A DNA stretch of 64,000 nucleotides. It comes from Chrysomallon squamiferum (lineage: Eukaryota > Animalia > Mollusca). The stretch spans positions 13,268,001-13,332,000 of the forward strand of contig CM022676.1 in the NCBI GenBank assembly GCA_012295275.1, in the 5' to 3' direction. The position numbers were made by a program, and so were the translations under genes. The notes below the pieces were generated by a model. The model worked only from the letters and a program-made list of their open reading frames with translations, did not search any database and was not told the origin of the DNA. This document shows positions 52,301-64,000 of this stretch, piece by piece; the first letter of the stretch is position 1, and every line of letters starts with the position of its first letter.

Positions 52301-52879
52301 ACAGATTATAAGAGAATTTGATCTCGGTTTTTGATCGAATTTTGCACCATGTCATCGTCAGTTATTACGATTGTTTAATTAATGTTTCTTATAAACGTAT
52401 TCAAGCATTCATTTAATTTTTATCTGATTATTTTGTATATTCTACTGTGAAAAGCATTTGTAGTGCTGAAACTTAAAAGACCTTAGCAAATCTAATGCTG
52501 AAAGGGATTAAGATATCATCATTGCTACCTTTATAGTTTACTGTTGTCTTTTATTTTATTTAGGAATTAAAAAATATGCTTTATGATGATTTCTGTTGAA
52601 AATCAACCTACAGCTCGTATTTCTTGCTTCATTTTCAATGTAAATTACTGAAACACAATATTTTGTTTTAGTTCAAACAACCTAAGTTATAAAAAGAAAG
52701 TAACAATGTAAACTCCAGTCAGAGGTGCAAAAATCACACAGATGCATATATAAATAATGTGACGTAATAATACGATACAAAATGTTAAAAGACATAACAT
52801 TAATGACGTCATTCATAATAAACATGGCACATCCAAAAATCCGAATTTTTGCTATTCCTTTATTTTAAGTTATTACTGT

Positions 52880-52914
<35 letters not shown>

Positions 52915-52924
52915 AATGTGTTAC

Positions 52925-52964
<40 letters not shown>

Positions 52965-55900
52965 ATACAATTGAATCTATCCGACAAAAAAAAAAAAAAA
53001 AAAAAAAAAAAGCAACATACAAAATACCCCACCCCAAAAAACTGGTCAATAATTTTTAAAATAGCAAACAATCCTATTTCAAAAAATGTGTCAGTAAAAA
53101 TTCAGTTCTGAAAGTAAGTATAGCTTATTACTGTTTTTAAACTTTTACACTGTCAGAATAACCCAACAGCCACTGATCACAAAATGATGATGGGTTCATC
53201 TTTCATCATGTGATTACTAACTGAAACTGTTCAATTACTGCCAAAAATGGTATGAAAATAAACATTAAAAAAACAAACAAACAAACATACAAAATAAAAT
53301 ATTATAAAATAACATAAAATAAAAAACTGATTAAAAATGAAACAAATATGAAGAATATATTTTTGAACATAATATACCCAGTGTTTATGTCATATTGCAA
53401 CTGCCATCTTAGTGACAATTAGGTTATATCTCTGAATTTATGAGGATAAACATTTTATAAATTAGTAGAAATTATATAAATGATGCTAATACCCAAGATA
53501 CAACAATAATTTAGCTGCTCAGGAAATAAATAGACTGCATCTTTTGATTTATAAAAGACAGAATAACATGACAGTCTCAAAATGTTTGAATTTTATAATA
53601 AAATAACATAGCTGGTATTTTTGTTTTTACACATGGGGCATTCCATGTCTAATCATCCAATGGATATAAACCATCTAGGAATCTGGCTGAAGGCTGGTTT
53701 TGGTATCACAAGCCAAAACAGACTGACCGACACTTTTTAACTACTGAAATTTTGAAAACCAGTGGGTTCCATTTTGATGACACTGGTGTCATTGGAAAGC
53801 TAATTCATTAATTATTTTCTCTGATATGTGCAACATAAATTTTGGTCAAGTTTGACGTTTTGTTTGACTTTTAATATGACTAGGGTCTTGATAGGATGTC
53901 AAGCTAAAATTAAACCCTTAAAATGTTAACATATACAAAAATCCAGATCTGTAATATTTTTAGTTTACTAGTAAAATACACTTGAAGTGGATGTCCTTGA
54001 GCACAAAAGTGCATATTCCAACACTTCTAATGAATTAATGTATACAAAATGCATTATAATGCATTAGTTTCAGTACTTTATTATAGCAGTATCCTGTTTG
54101 GTGATTTAGGAAAATACATAGAATTATGAAAGAATTCTGAGTCACAAAATACCTAGCGAAAAACATTGTAGTGTAAACAAGGTAGAAGGTTAGGTTAAAA
54201 TTTTACTTTTTGGGAGGTGATATGATATAAAATGATATCTGAAGTAAAATGTATATATGCATTTAATCAAGGTTTAGATGCTAAACTTAGCAGATATTTC
54301 ATGCATCTGAAAACATTCCAATGTAAAGATTATATCAGTTATGTTTCTTAATTTTAAACTAAACACATGCAAAACACACACACAGTGAAAATAAAAATTT
54401 TACTTATTTCTATAAAAGAATGCTATGAACATCATTGATAAAGGGAAGATGATGTTAAATATTATATAAATGTTTTAATTGGATAAGATATATGTTTGTA
54501 TTTACCTGGAAATGTAAGTTCGCGACTTTCAGTTTGCAGTGGACCAGCATCTCCTAACGAACGGTGGTCGATTACCAGGATTAATTTAACTTTTTTACCA
54601 GCAAACTCAGGTGGTACTTGGTCAAATGACAAAGTACACGTTGATTGTTCATCTCCAGAGTTACATGTATCTTTGTTACTGGTTATCTTTGTCAGAGTGT
54701 CTGGAACATTATTCTCGGTGCCACTGGATATCTGCATAACAAAAACTGCACAGATAAGGACATATATGAAGTAAATTTTAAAAATATATATATATAAAAA
54801 ATAAGAAAAAGTACAACATTAAGTATTATATTTATCTAAAATTTTGTCCACTAAACACTGTTTATAAAACAGGTATATATACCTGCACTGATATATGCCA
54901 TCTATCATTTATTTATTGATAATACACTGTTGCTTATTTGTATCATACAAGACAACATACAATACACACACTATTTCACAACATACTGCAAGCACAGATA
55001 TTATGTCACAAGATTGTATTTACTGACACTATTTGACAACATACTGCATGACCAGACACAATATCAGAATACTATGCACATACAAGCACTGTATCTCAAA
55101 ATACTGGACATATACACACACTATGTGACAACATACTGCATATAAAGGCATTACATGACAACATTACATGTACAGACATTATTTCTGTGTAGTGTGTAAC
55201 AATATAAAACATATAGTTTGCATATTAAGACTGTTTGTATTTGATTATACTTAGTTTGTGCTATGTAACTTAGTTTGGTTCCTCTACATCTGATACTGAT
55301 GACTGAATTTTACGTTATTTACACTTGAAAGAAAAACTGTTAACAGGATGTTGTTTAGACACATTTACATTTTCAAAGATATCAGTGAGTTGTTAGAAGT
55401 AATTAGTTTTTCACATCCTTTACTTTGAATGTGATATGCAAACTAAGCCATATTTATTCATTTATCCCTCAGTATCATGTTCACCATCATTAAGAAAACA
55501 AAATATATATATATATAAAAACAGAGGTCTCATCTAATTACTTCACATGTGTTATGTGTAGGTATTCTTTTTAATAGCTTATATATGATCTTGTATCAGA
55601 TCTCTTGTATTCTACTGAGTATTTCATTGCTGAAAGCTTCCTTGGCTGAGATTTCATCCAGTCTATGCCCCCAAAATGCTCAAGTGTGCACTTTGCCGTT
55701 AGAATGTAGTTTACTATATTTTCAGCATTGATAAAAGTAAGCACTTCTCTAACACCTGAAGTATTCATGAGGGACTCAAAGTGAAAGTTGTCTCACCTAA
55801 GTTTAAGACCACTGATTTAGGCTCACAACATGGTGACTTTAAGTTAAAATAAGTCCAGACTGTGTGCTACAGTTAAATCAGTAACATCAAATCTTTTAAA

Positions 55901-58900
55901 CAACAACCGTTTCTGTTCTTAGAGCATTTCAGTTATTATACATATTGCCTAAATATGACTTTTATTTACTTTTTAATTTTTTTTCATTATTTCATTAAAT
56001 GAAGAAGATCTTAGGCATTATGCAAAAAAATATTATCTGAAATTAAAGAACATTTCTGGCTAATTTTTAAGAATATAGCATACAAGATATTTCTTCAGAT
56101 AATTTAAAATAATTTTTACTTATTTACTTATTATAACAATAAGATAATTAACTTAATATTGTTTTAATATATCTATGCTGTTATCTACTCTAACAAAAAT
56201 AGCATCTGTACATATCTACAAGCTATTTCCAATCTAGTAATTTAATTAACACTATTTCTTCATTTATATTTCTCTTTATTATAAAAAAAAATATTAAAAA
56301 TAAAAATTAAATAAAATTTAAAAATTAGAAAAATAAAAAAAATATCCATATTAAGTAATTTATTTATTTATGTGTTTTTTTTAATTATTATTATTATTGT
56401 TATTATTTTTCACGTACTATTTAATAATATATATAAAGTAAAGATTTCTGTAAAAACAAAAAGGAAATGATTTGATACAAACCTTGTACTTCCAGGTACA
56501 GGTAGGTAACAGGTAGGTACAATTACCTGTCACAGACACACTGAATGGAAGACTTACAGCAGTTAATGATTCCAGCTCATTTTGTTTTATTTCATACTTA
56601 GCTGAAACATAAAAGGAATTATTAAAATGCTAGTAACAATAATAATATTTGTTAAATTTATTTATTTTGTTTTACTATTTCTTATATTTTTATTATTGTT
56701 TTTTTTTTAGGACTAAATTCCAGTGTGTATATATGAAATTTGTTTCAGTACACAAAAGAGTCATGTTAATTTCAAGTCAGTGTTAGTGAATTGATATTGT
56801 CTGATTTATATATTTTAATTTTTGATTGATAAAGTATTGATCTGCATGTTTCTTCCAGTGTCAGAATCAGGTTGCTTATTAATAATAATAAACTGTTGAA
56901 CCTTGAACTCTAGTTCAAATGAAATACAGATGAGAACAAATTTGCACACATGCACACACCAGTGTTTTGTGGAAATAATCGTAATTACTAATTTCAATAT
57001 ATCAACAATCAAATAAATATTTTGTATTATTCACAGTATCATTAGTTGCAGTTTCATCACACTGAATACCACCTCCTTGTCAATGTTTAGCATTAGTATA
57101 TTACTTTGTTCTTCTTTTTACCCTAGCCTTATTGTAAAAGTTCGAAGTATTTGCATTCTGCAAAGTCCCAGTGACTCAAAATAACAACACAATAACTAAA
57201 TTTCAAACAAACAGCTGTTATCTGACAGCAAAATATAAATTGCAATGGTTTTGCTCAGTTGAAAATATTTCAGAAAACCTTCCTTTGATCTGGACCATAG
57301 TGTACAATTATATTAAAATATTTCACATATTTATAACAATCTCTACTTTGTTCAATCTTTCACATTTTCTGTGAGTGTGATGGATATCAATATTCTTGTT
57401 TCTGTAAATTAATTGAATTCTACAAGATACTTATGCCCAGATCCAACTATAATTTTAGTTTTAGGAAACATAACCTAAACTCTTTATGAACTAATCATCC
57501 ATCTGATCTGTAAAAACTATATGTTGACCATAATGTATTGATTTACATACTTCAAAGACTTTTTAATTTTATTTTCCCAGAAAAGCAGATTTATAATTTA
57601 AAAAATTACTACTAATAATAATGATAATAATAACAATAATTATAATAATAATAAACTTACTGAATAAGAAAGAAAGAAAAAAAATGAAGAAAATGATTTT
57701 GAAAATTCATTAAACAACTATAAATCATGTATTCTGTTAAAAGGAAACAGTCTTTTTTTCTTTTTTCTGTTTTCTTAAAATTACTATATTTTTAATGAAT
57801 GGATGAATTTATTTGTTTATGTTGTTAACTTTACTAATTATATTTACCGGACTTATTAACTATGCATGGTCTTAATGGGTTATTTGCAGAAACATCCATA
57901 CATTCCCATTGTGTGGCATCTTTAGATCCATTGAAACTCTGTATCATTACAGTCATAGATCCTGAAGCATTTCCAATTACCCCATATCCAGATTGGTGGT
58001 TAAAACATGAGCCAAATGTACTGTTACACTGCACAACAGGTGCACCATTTTTAAAAAAATACACTTTCGAGTCAATGCTTCCATTTATGTAAACACATGT
58101 CATGTTTAGTGGTATTCCCTCAAACCAGTTTGAAACACATGGATTGATTTCAAAAATTGCTGATCCTAAAAAAAAAAAAAAAATTAAATTATATAAAAAA
58201 TTTCTGTTTTCCCTTCTGCATGATTATCAAATCCAGAAATAATAGAACAATATCTAAATAAACTTTGTAGGCAGCTGATTGTAGAATTAATCATGCAGTG
58301 CTTTAAAGAAGATAAGATACATTTTCTTTCTTTTAAATATTTTTAGAAATTAAAATAAATCACATAACCATCTTATACAAATACATATTCTATGGTAAGC
58401 TTGCTTTCATCTTTGATTAATGTGTAGAAAGCATAATGTTTATTTTTATTTATTTATTTATTTATTTATTTTAATATCTTATTGAAATGTAGTATTTTAA
58501 CTAAATGAAATATTCCTCAGTAATCAGATCTATATAAAAATTAAACAAATAAATAAATACTAAATAATGTAACAAATACAACATTAGATAAAGTTATAAA
58601 TCTGTCACCAGAGATTCCTGCTTTCACTGAAGTGTGAGAATAACAACCTTTTGGTCAGTGAAAGACTATTTTAGCATGAAGGGGATAATTTTATTAATTA
58701 CCTTATTAGAGTGCCTATTTAATTTAAAATCAGTGGTGAGGAATATGCAAAGATCTAAGACAAGTGACTTGCCTTTTGACAAATCCAGCTGACTGAAAAA
58801 CTGCAAGCTACATGTTATGTATATACAAAAAGTAATCCTTTAAACAATGATTTGTCTAATTTCTTTTTATATTTGGGTATAATCAGATAGCATATGTAAA

Positions 58901-58901
58901 T

Positions 58902-58938
<37 letters not shown>

Positions 58939-59859
58939 CTTGAAAACATTTCCATAAATACTATTTTATTTCTAAAATTTAAGAAGTTAGATTCTAAATA
59001 TCAGAAGTTTATTTAAAAATGCAAAACAGTTTGCATCCATTATTCAAATACTAACCGCAACAAAAACTGAAACATTTATCTCAATAAGTAAGTCTTTTAT
59101 GTACATTTGACAGTCTTGTCAAAAACTAAAAAATATTCAAATTTTTCATTTTACTTCATAAATTACTTCTTTCTTTTTTTTAATATTCATGATGTATGAA
59201 TAAAGACCAACATAAAGACCAGTTATTTCTTTTTATGTCTTATCAACTTGGTTACAATTTTCCATTTAAATACAAGGTGATTTGACACAGAACTACCGTA
59301 GAACAAATATCTAAGAATTATTTACTGTCCTTGACTTTTCCTAAACAAGTAATCTATTTGCTTCAAAAAGTTTCAGATCATTCATATACATTTGCAAAAG
59401 TTACAACAAATTGGAAAAGATGGTAGGTCATTAGCAATCTTTTTTTTACTGCATTACTTTATTAGTGCATAAAATTTCATATAATATTATATCTGACATT
59501 CAATGTTAAAATGGCTTAAAAATTATACATTTCACAAAGAACAAGGTGTAGTATGTGGCAGATTAAATTCCATATATGCAGATTTAGTTACTTGTGTTAT
59601 GCTAATGACCACAACTGTTTTGTCATTTATATTGAATTATTTTTATATTGTTGATTTTAATTCTTTGTTTTAAATAACTTACTTATTTATAATTAATATT
59701 TATTACTGTTGATGTTCTTTTCAGAGATTTTTAAAATTAATTAATTTATTTATTTGTACATTTTATAGATACATATATCTAACCATCTGCCTTCCACACA
59801 TGTGAAAGAAGAAACAATGCCATGAAAATCCATTGACACCAGACAATTTTTCCATTCAT
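49339..59859 (-). CDS. Gene C: small IgSF type I membrane protein (signal + Ig-V-like + atypical Ig-like domain + TM + ~165 aa polar tail)
   Basis: Exons 59784-59859 (MNGKIVWCQWIFMALFLLSHVWKAD), 57848-58165 (Ig: NMTC...DATQWEC), 56483-56601 (ends CTYLLPTCTWKYK|gtttgt, phase 0), 54506-54731 (phase 0 to 1), 49339-49982 (TM LVCIILITVVSVTGICIIIVCCLISL + tail + stop). Phases are all compatible. Confidence 0.8.
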
Positions 59860-60892
59860 TTCCAATGTGTCCAAGTGCTGATCCTGAAAAATATAAATTA
59901 CTGTGTTAATTATTTTGGTGTCAGTTATTCATTTTTCTTTTTTTCTTCATTTTTTTCTTATTCTTCTTATTATTTTAACCTTGTTTGTGAAGTTATGTAT
60001 TAAGGGTTATGCCTACTTCATCCTTCCTTTTGTTTTGTTTTATTCTAAATTTAATTAGAATATGTTCTTGCCAATATTGCAAACAGAGCAATATCTGATG
60101 ATTACTTTAATGATTTTTAGGCCTTTGAGAGCAAATTGCACCTCTATCAGATATTAACTTTAATAAAGCCTTGAAATCTAGTTAAATTCTCAAGGCTATT
60201 TACATGAACATACCAGGAATAGTTTGCGACCTTTATTTCCCTAAATAAAACATAATGATAATGTATAAATTATACCAACAAAATAAAAGAAGAAGAAAAA
60301 TAATAATAATAATAATAATAATAATGATAATACATGTAATAATAATAATAAGAGTAATTACTGGGAGTAAAAACTAGTAAACTGCAACATTGAATATAAT
60401 TTTAGAATGTTGTAAATGTTTTTTGTTTGTTTTTATTTTATTTACATATTATTTTTTTAATTATTTAATTTCAAAGAAAAAATATTAAATAAAAAATACA
60501 GTTGACAAAAGGGGTGTTCTGTTCAAGCTCTCTTTCTTTCTTTTTTTATTTTATTTATGATGTAAATATATACATAAAATGTCCTAAATGCATTAAAGTA
60601 TCTGGATGGTACAATAAAGTACGAAAACTGCATCTGAATACTACTGACAAAGATTATGGCAGAACTTACTGTAAACAGTTCAGTTTGCTAATTTCTTAAA
60701 ACAGTAATGTCAGTGTAATGCAGACAAAGTGAATAAAACTAAATCAGCCTTTGCATTGAGTAAAATGAATAATAGTGTTACAGTGAATACATTATGTGGT
60801 AAATTTACAATATGATCAAAACAAACAAAAGCTTTTTGTTTAGCTTAAATCATTCATCTCAGTATCAGGTAATGTGAACTTTAAATTTACAA

Positions 60893-61700
60893 ATGAATGA
60901 AAGAATGAATGTTTAACGACACTCCAGCATGAAAAGCATATCAGCTATTGGGTGTGAAACTGAAGGTAAATATAAAATGATGATTATGAATACAAATTCA
61001 GAAGTTAATTAAAATACAGTGTGAAGAGTTGTGCAAAAATGTCACATTTTAACAACAAAATCAGTATTCCATCACATTTATTTGACCAAATATTTCTTTC
61101 CTAATCTGCTTAACATAACTCCAACAGAGTACACTAACAATGTTCAGACTGAGGTGGATGATTATTCTTCAGGATAAATGAATGATTCAAGTAACTATGA
61201 CCTTGTCAGAAACTATTTCGTACTTCCTGCACAACCTGTAGGAAGACTGCCATACTCACAGGTCTGGCTTGACAGAATGAAGTTTGTTTGTGTATGCACA
61301 ATTCCAGTTATCTTGCCAAATGTAAAAACAAATATCAGTGAATTTGATGATTAACATCACTGTAAGACACACTTTCAAATCATCTTCCCAGTTAAGTGAT
61401 GGCCCAGCTTCATAGTTCATAAAGCTTGGAGACTGTAAAGTGAATTGGTAAAAATAATAAATTTGAATACACTAGAATCCTTTATTTCTTCCAAAGCTTT
61501 TATGAATGCCCAAACTTCAGCACTAAAGATCAATACTGAATCATGCAATCTCACATATTGCATCTCATGGAGAAACTGTAGCACAAGCCACAGAATTCTC
61601 ATCCCATGATCCATTGGTATAAACAGGAATGTAATCACAGTATTTGTCTTTAATTTCCATGAAAAAATGTTTATAGGCAACATCTGCACAACCTTTCTTT
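60893..61700 (-). mobile_element. 3' fragment of an I-clade/Nimb-like LINE (RNase H + C-terminal zinc-knuckle region)
   Basis: IFSAEVWAFIKALEEIK...FIIFTNSLYSLQAL (RNase H) and GHSYLNHSFILKNNHPPQSEHC, ending in a short (ttca)n tail. Confidence 0.75.
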
Positions 61701-64000
61701 AGATGCTGTAAACTACATAATTAACAAGTTCAAATGCATATCAAGAACACCAATGTCACTCTTTTCCTGAGGTCTACTACTGTTAAGCTTCAGGTGTTGC
61801 TATCTGCCTCTTTGGTAGACCAGCCTTTTTTCATAACAATGGCTCAGAATTGACAATATTATCACAAACTTCATGATTTTTCATTCAAGCCCAGAGAGCC
61901 ATAAAGATTAGATTCTGTTGAATGAACATACAGTCCCATCAAACTCATTCTCATGGACTGGAAGAGTGACTAAAATTTTGTTCAGAAACAAAAGGATTGT
62001 GTTCGTTACACTGGTACCAACCTGAAACCCTACAATTTGGAAAGATTTCTAAACTAATGAAATTTGTGAAAGCCTTCCATCTAAAGATTGTCATATAATG
62101 AGTATGACGAGTTGTGAATAATGTTCATTATAAAATAGCATTATGTATTATGATTATAAAGAACATATAGATTAATATTTACAGCTGCTGCTGCCTGTTA
62201 GTTATATTTTCTGTGACGTTAATATGATACTCAAAGTGTAATTAACCTAGCTCAGGGCTTTATTAAAATAACTGGAGCATCACTGAAGAATACCTAGAGA
62301 TTACTGTGATTTCAGGAATTCCCTAAAAGTTTTAGAATTTTGTAATTTTACTGTAAGAAATACTCCATAGGTATAGATTATAATGCACAAAAATCTTGCA
62401 GTTTAGTTCTACTGCATGTCAGCAACTTTTTTTTTGTTCTGCTACTAGTTTAAATACAAAAAGATCATATACTAGTTCAGTTTAGCTTATCGTATCAGCC
62501 TGTAACTTATTTACTGGCCTTCAATGAAAATATTACAACAGAAGGAATATGATCAAGACATAATTTACAAATCAAAACTGGAGTAAGAAATATAAAGAGA
62601 AATTAAAAAATAATAATAATAAGGAAGTAAAGAAAAAATGGAAACGATTTTTTGTACTCAAAATAAGCTGTATTATAATTATAGTGTATACAGTATAGTG
62701 GTGGGTGTGTATGGGTGTGTACGATATATACAGGCCTCCTTTTTTTGTTTTTTGTTTTTCCATCTGTTTTATAAATGCGGAAAAATACTTTTATCATATC
62801 AAAGTGACTTTATATATATTTATATTTGCAACAGCAGCAAAATATTCTGCTAACAAGACGTAGACATTACTCTGAACCGTGACTTGTGCTTCGAATCGAT
62901 AATTACTGCATAATAAACCTTAAAACGAACCTAGCTGTTTTAGTGTTTAGTCTTTTAATTTATCGAATGCCAGTTTGGTTGTTGATATTTAAAATAAAGG
63001 CAAAATAAGACATGAATACAACATAAAGAAAGAAAGAAATTGAAACTTAAATACAAATTACGTACCACAACTGGTTTTCTTACCTCTTTACCAAACTGAC
63101 CCTCGACAAAATAAATAGGTTTTCCACGACCTTCACCTTGTACCAAATCAATTACGTATTCTCGGCCCAGAGTTAGGTTACTTCAGCCGGTATTTATTAT
63201 ATTATTTATTTATTTGTAGATGACTGTGCAGTGACTTCTCTATTGATGTTTTAAATATAAACTTAGAACTGAGAGCAGTGATTTTTACGGTAGGGAATAC
63301 TTAATTTGGAAAAAGTTTACTTAATGTCTTACCATAACGATTCACCACTGAAAATGAATGTTTTGTATCCCCCTATCATCTAAGGATGGAAATGGTAACG
63401 AGAAAGTCATAAAAAAACAAATTCAAAAACTTCAGATGCTTCACTCCTTGTACAATGGAACGCTAAAGGCATCTGCAACAAGAACTAAAGGCCGCGGTGT
63501 ACATCTTTCCGTGAAAGGTTGTCGTCTGCATCAAGAAAGCCCTTTGGCAAAAGTTCACCGAGGGTGTAGGCTACAAGCTCTTCCGACATTACATAGCTGG
63601 GTGTCCGGATCCCCCGTCAAATGTGAAAAGTGCCCCTTTTACTTAGTATTTTTAGATTTTTTACAATTTTATTTTTTCACCCTTCCCACTTTGTTTATTA
63701 TATAATTTGAAATATATGATTTATTATAAAGCGCAGAAATTCTTACTGAAAAAGCGCACACCTCAAAAAATATCACTGTTTTTACAAAGCTTCTGTCCAA
63801 TAGGTATTTATTCTTAGTCATAATAATTTAACTGAATTAGGTCAAAAGAGCCCAAATTTTAACAAAGCGCACAAACTCGGTAATTTAGCGCACAGTCTCC
63901 TAAAAAAGTGTCCAATTGTGCGCGAAAGACGCACAGTTGGCAACACTGGCCAATAACAATTTTCATAAACTGCCGCCCGTATCATCCTGCCGCCCTAGGC

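Noticed and set aside
55543-55755. Exon-like segment in a gene C intron (GVREVLTFINAE...)
   Set aside because: In-frame stop and incompatible with the phase-0 junction 56483 to 54731; could only be a minor terminal or pseudo-exon.
59056-59106. Alternative leader for gene C (MYIKDLLIEINVSVFVA)
   Set aside because: Phase-0 donor is incompatible with the Ig exon; 59784-59859 fits better.
63300-64000. CpG-rich end with ORF 63358-63705 and aaagcgcaca repeats
   Set aside because: No recognisable protein. Probably a promoter-like region or transposon ends, which cannot be classified from this window.

Overview
AT-rich, intron-rich eukaryotic DNA from an invertebrate (probably a mollusc; inferred, not proven). 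There are no prokaryotic features, RNA genes or CRISPR arrays. The window holds a cluster of immunoglobulin-superfamily (IgSF) membrane receptor genes, reconstructed by hand from GT-AG sites and exon phases. Gene A (+, 4079-18638, leader exon not located) encodes 9 Ig + FN3 + TM and a tail with two ITIM-like motifs (LLYVGI, VEYVSI). Gene B (-, 28644 to at least 40231) encodes 7 Ig + FN3 + TM and a tail with a canonical ITAM (YECL-x7-YEKL). Ig1-Ig6 of A and B are about 90-95% identical by eye, while everything from Ig7 onward is highly divergent. This is the architecture of a paired inhibitory/activating receptor system in inverted, tail-to-tail orientation, with patchy identity suggesting gene conversion. 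Gene C (-, 49339-59859) is an unrelated small receptor (Ig-V-like + atypical Ig-like + TM). Other contents: several alternative or orphan leader exons with a highly conserved GATA/ETS/AP-1-like upstream module, a relic third paralog, ~1.3 kb direct repeats flanking gene B, a Tc1/mariner foldback element, MULE and LINE remnants, and microsatellites.
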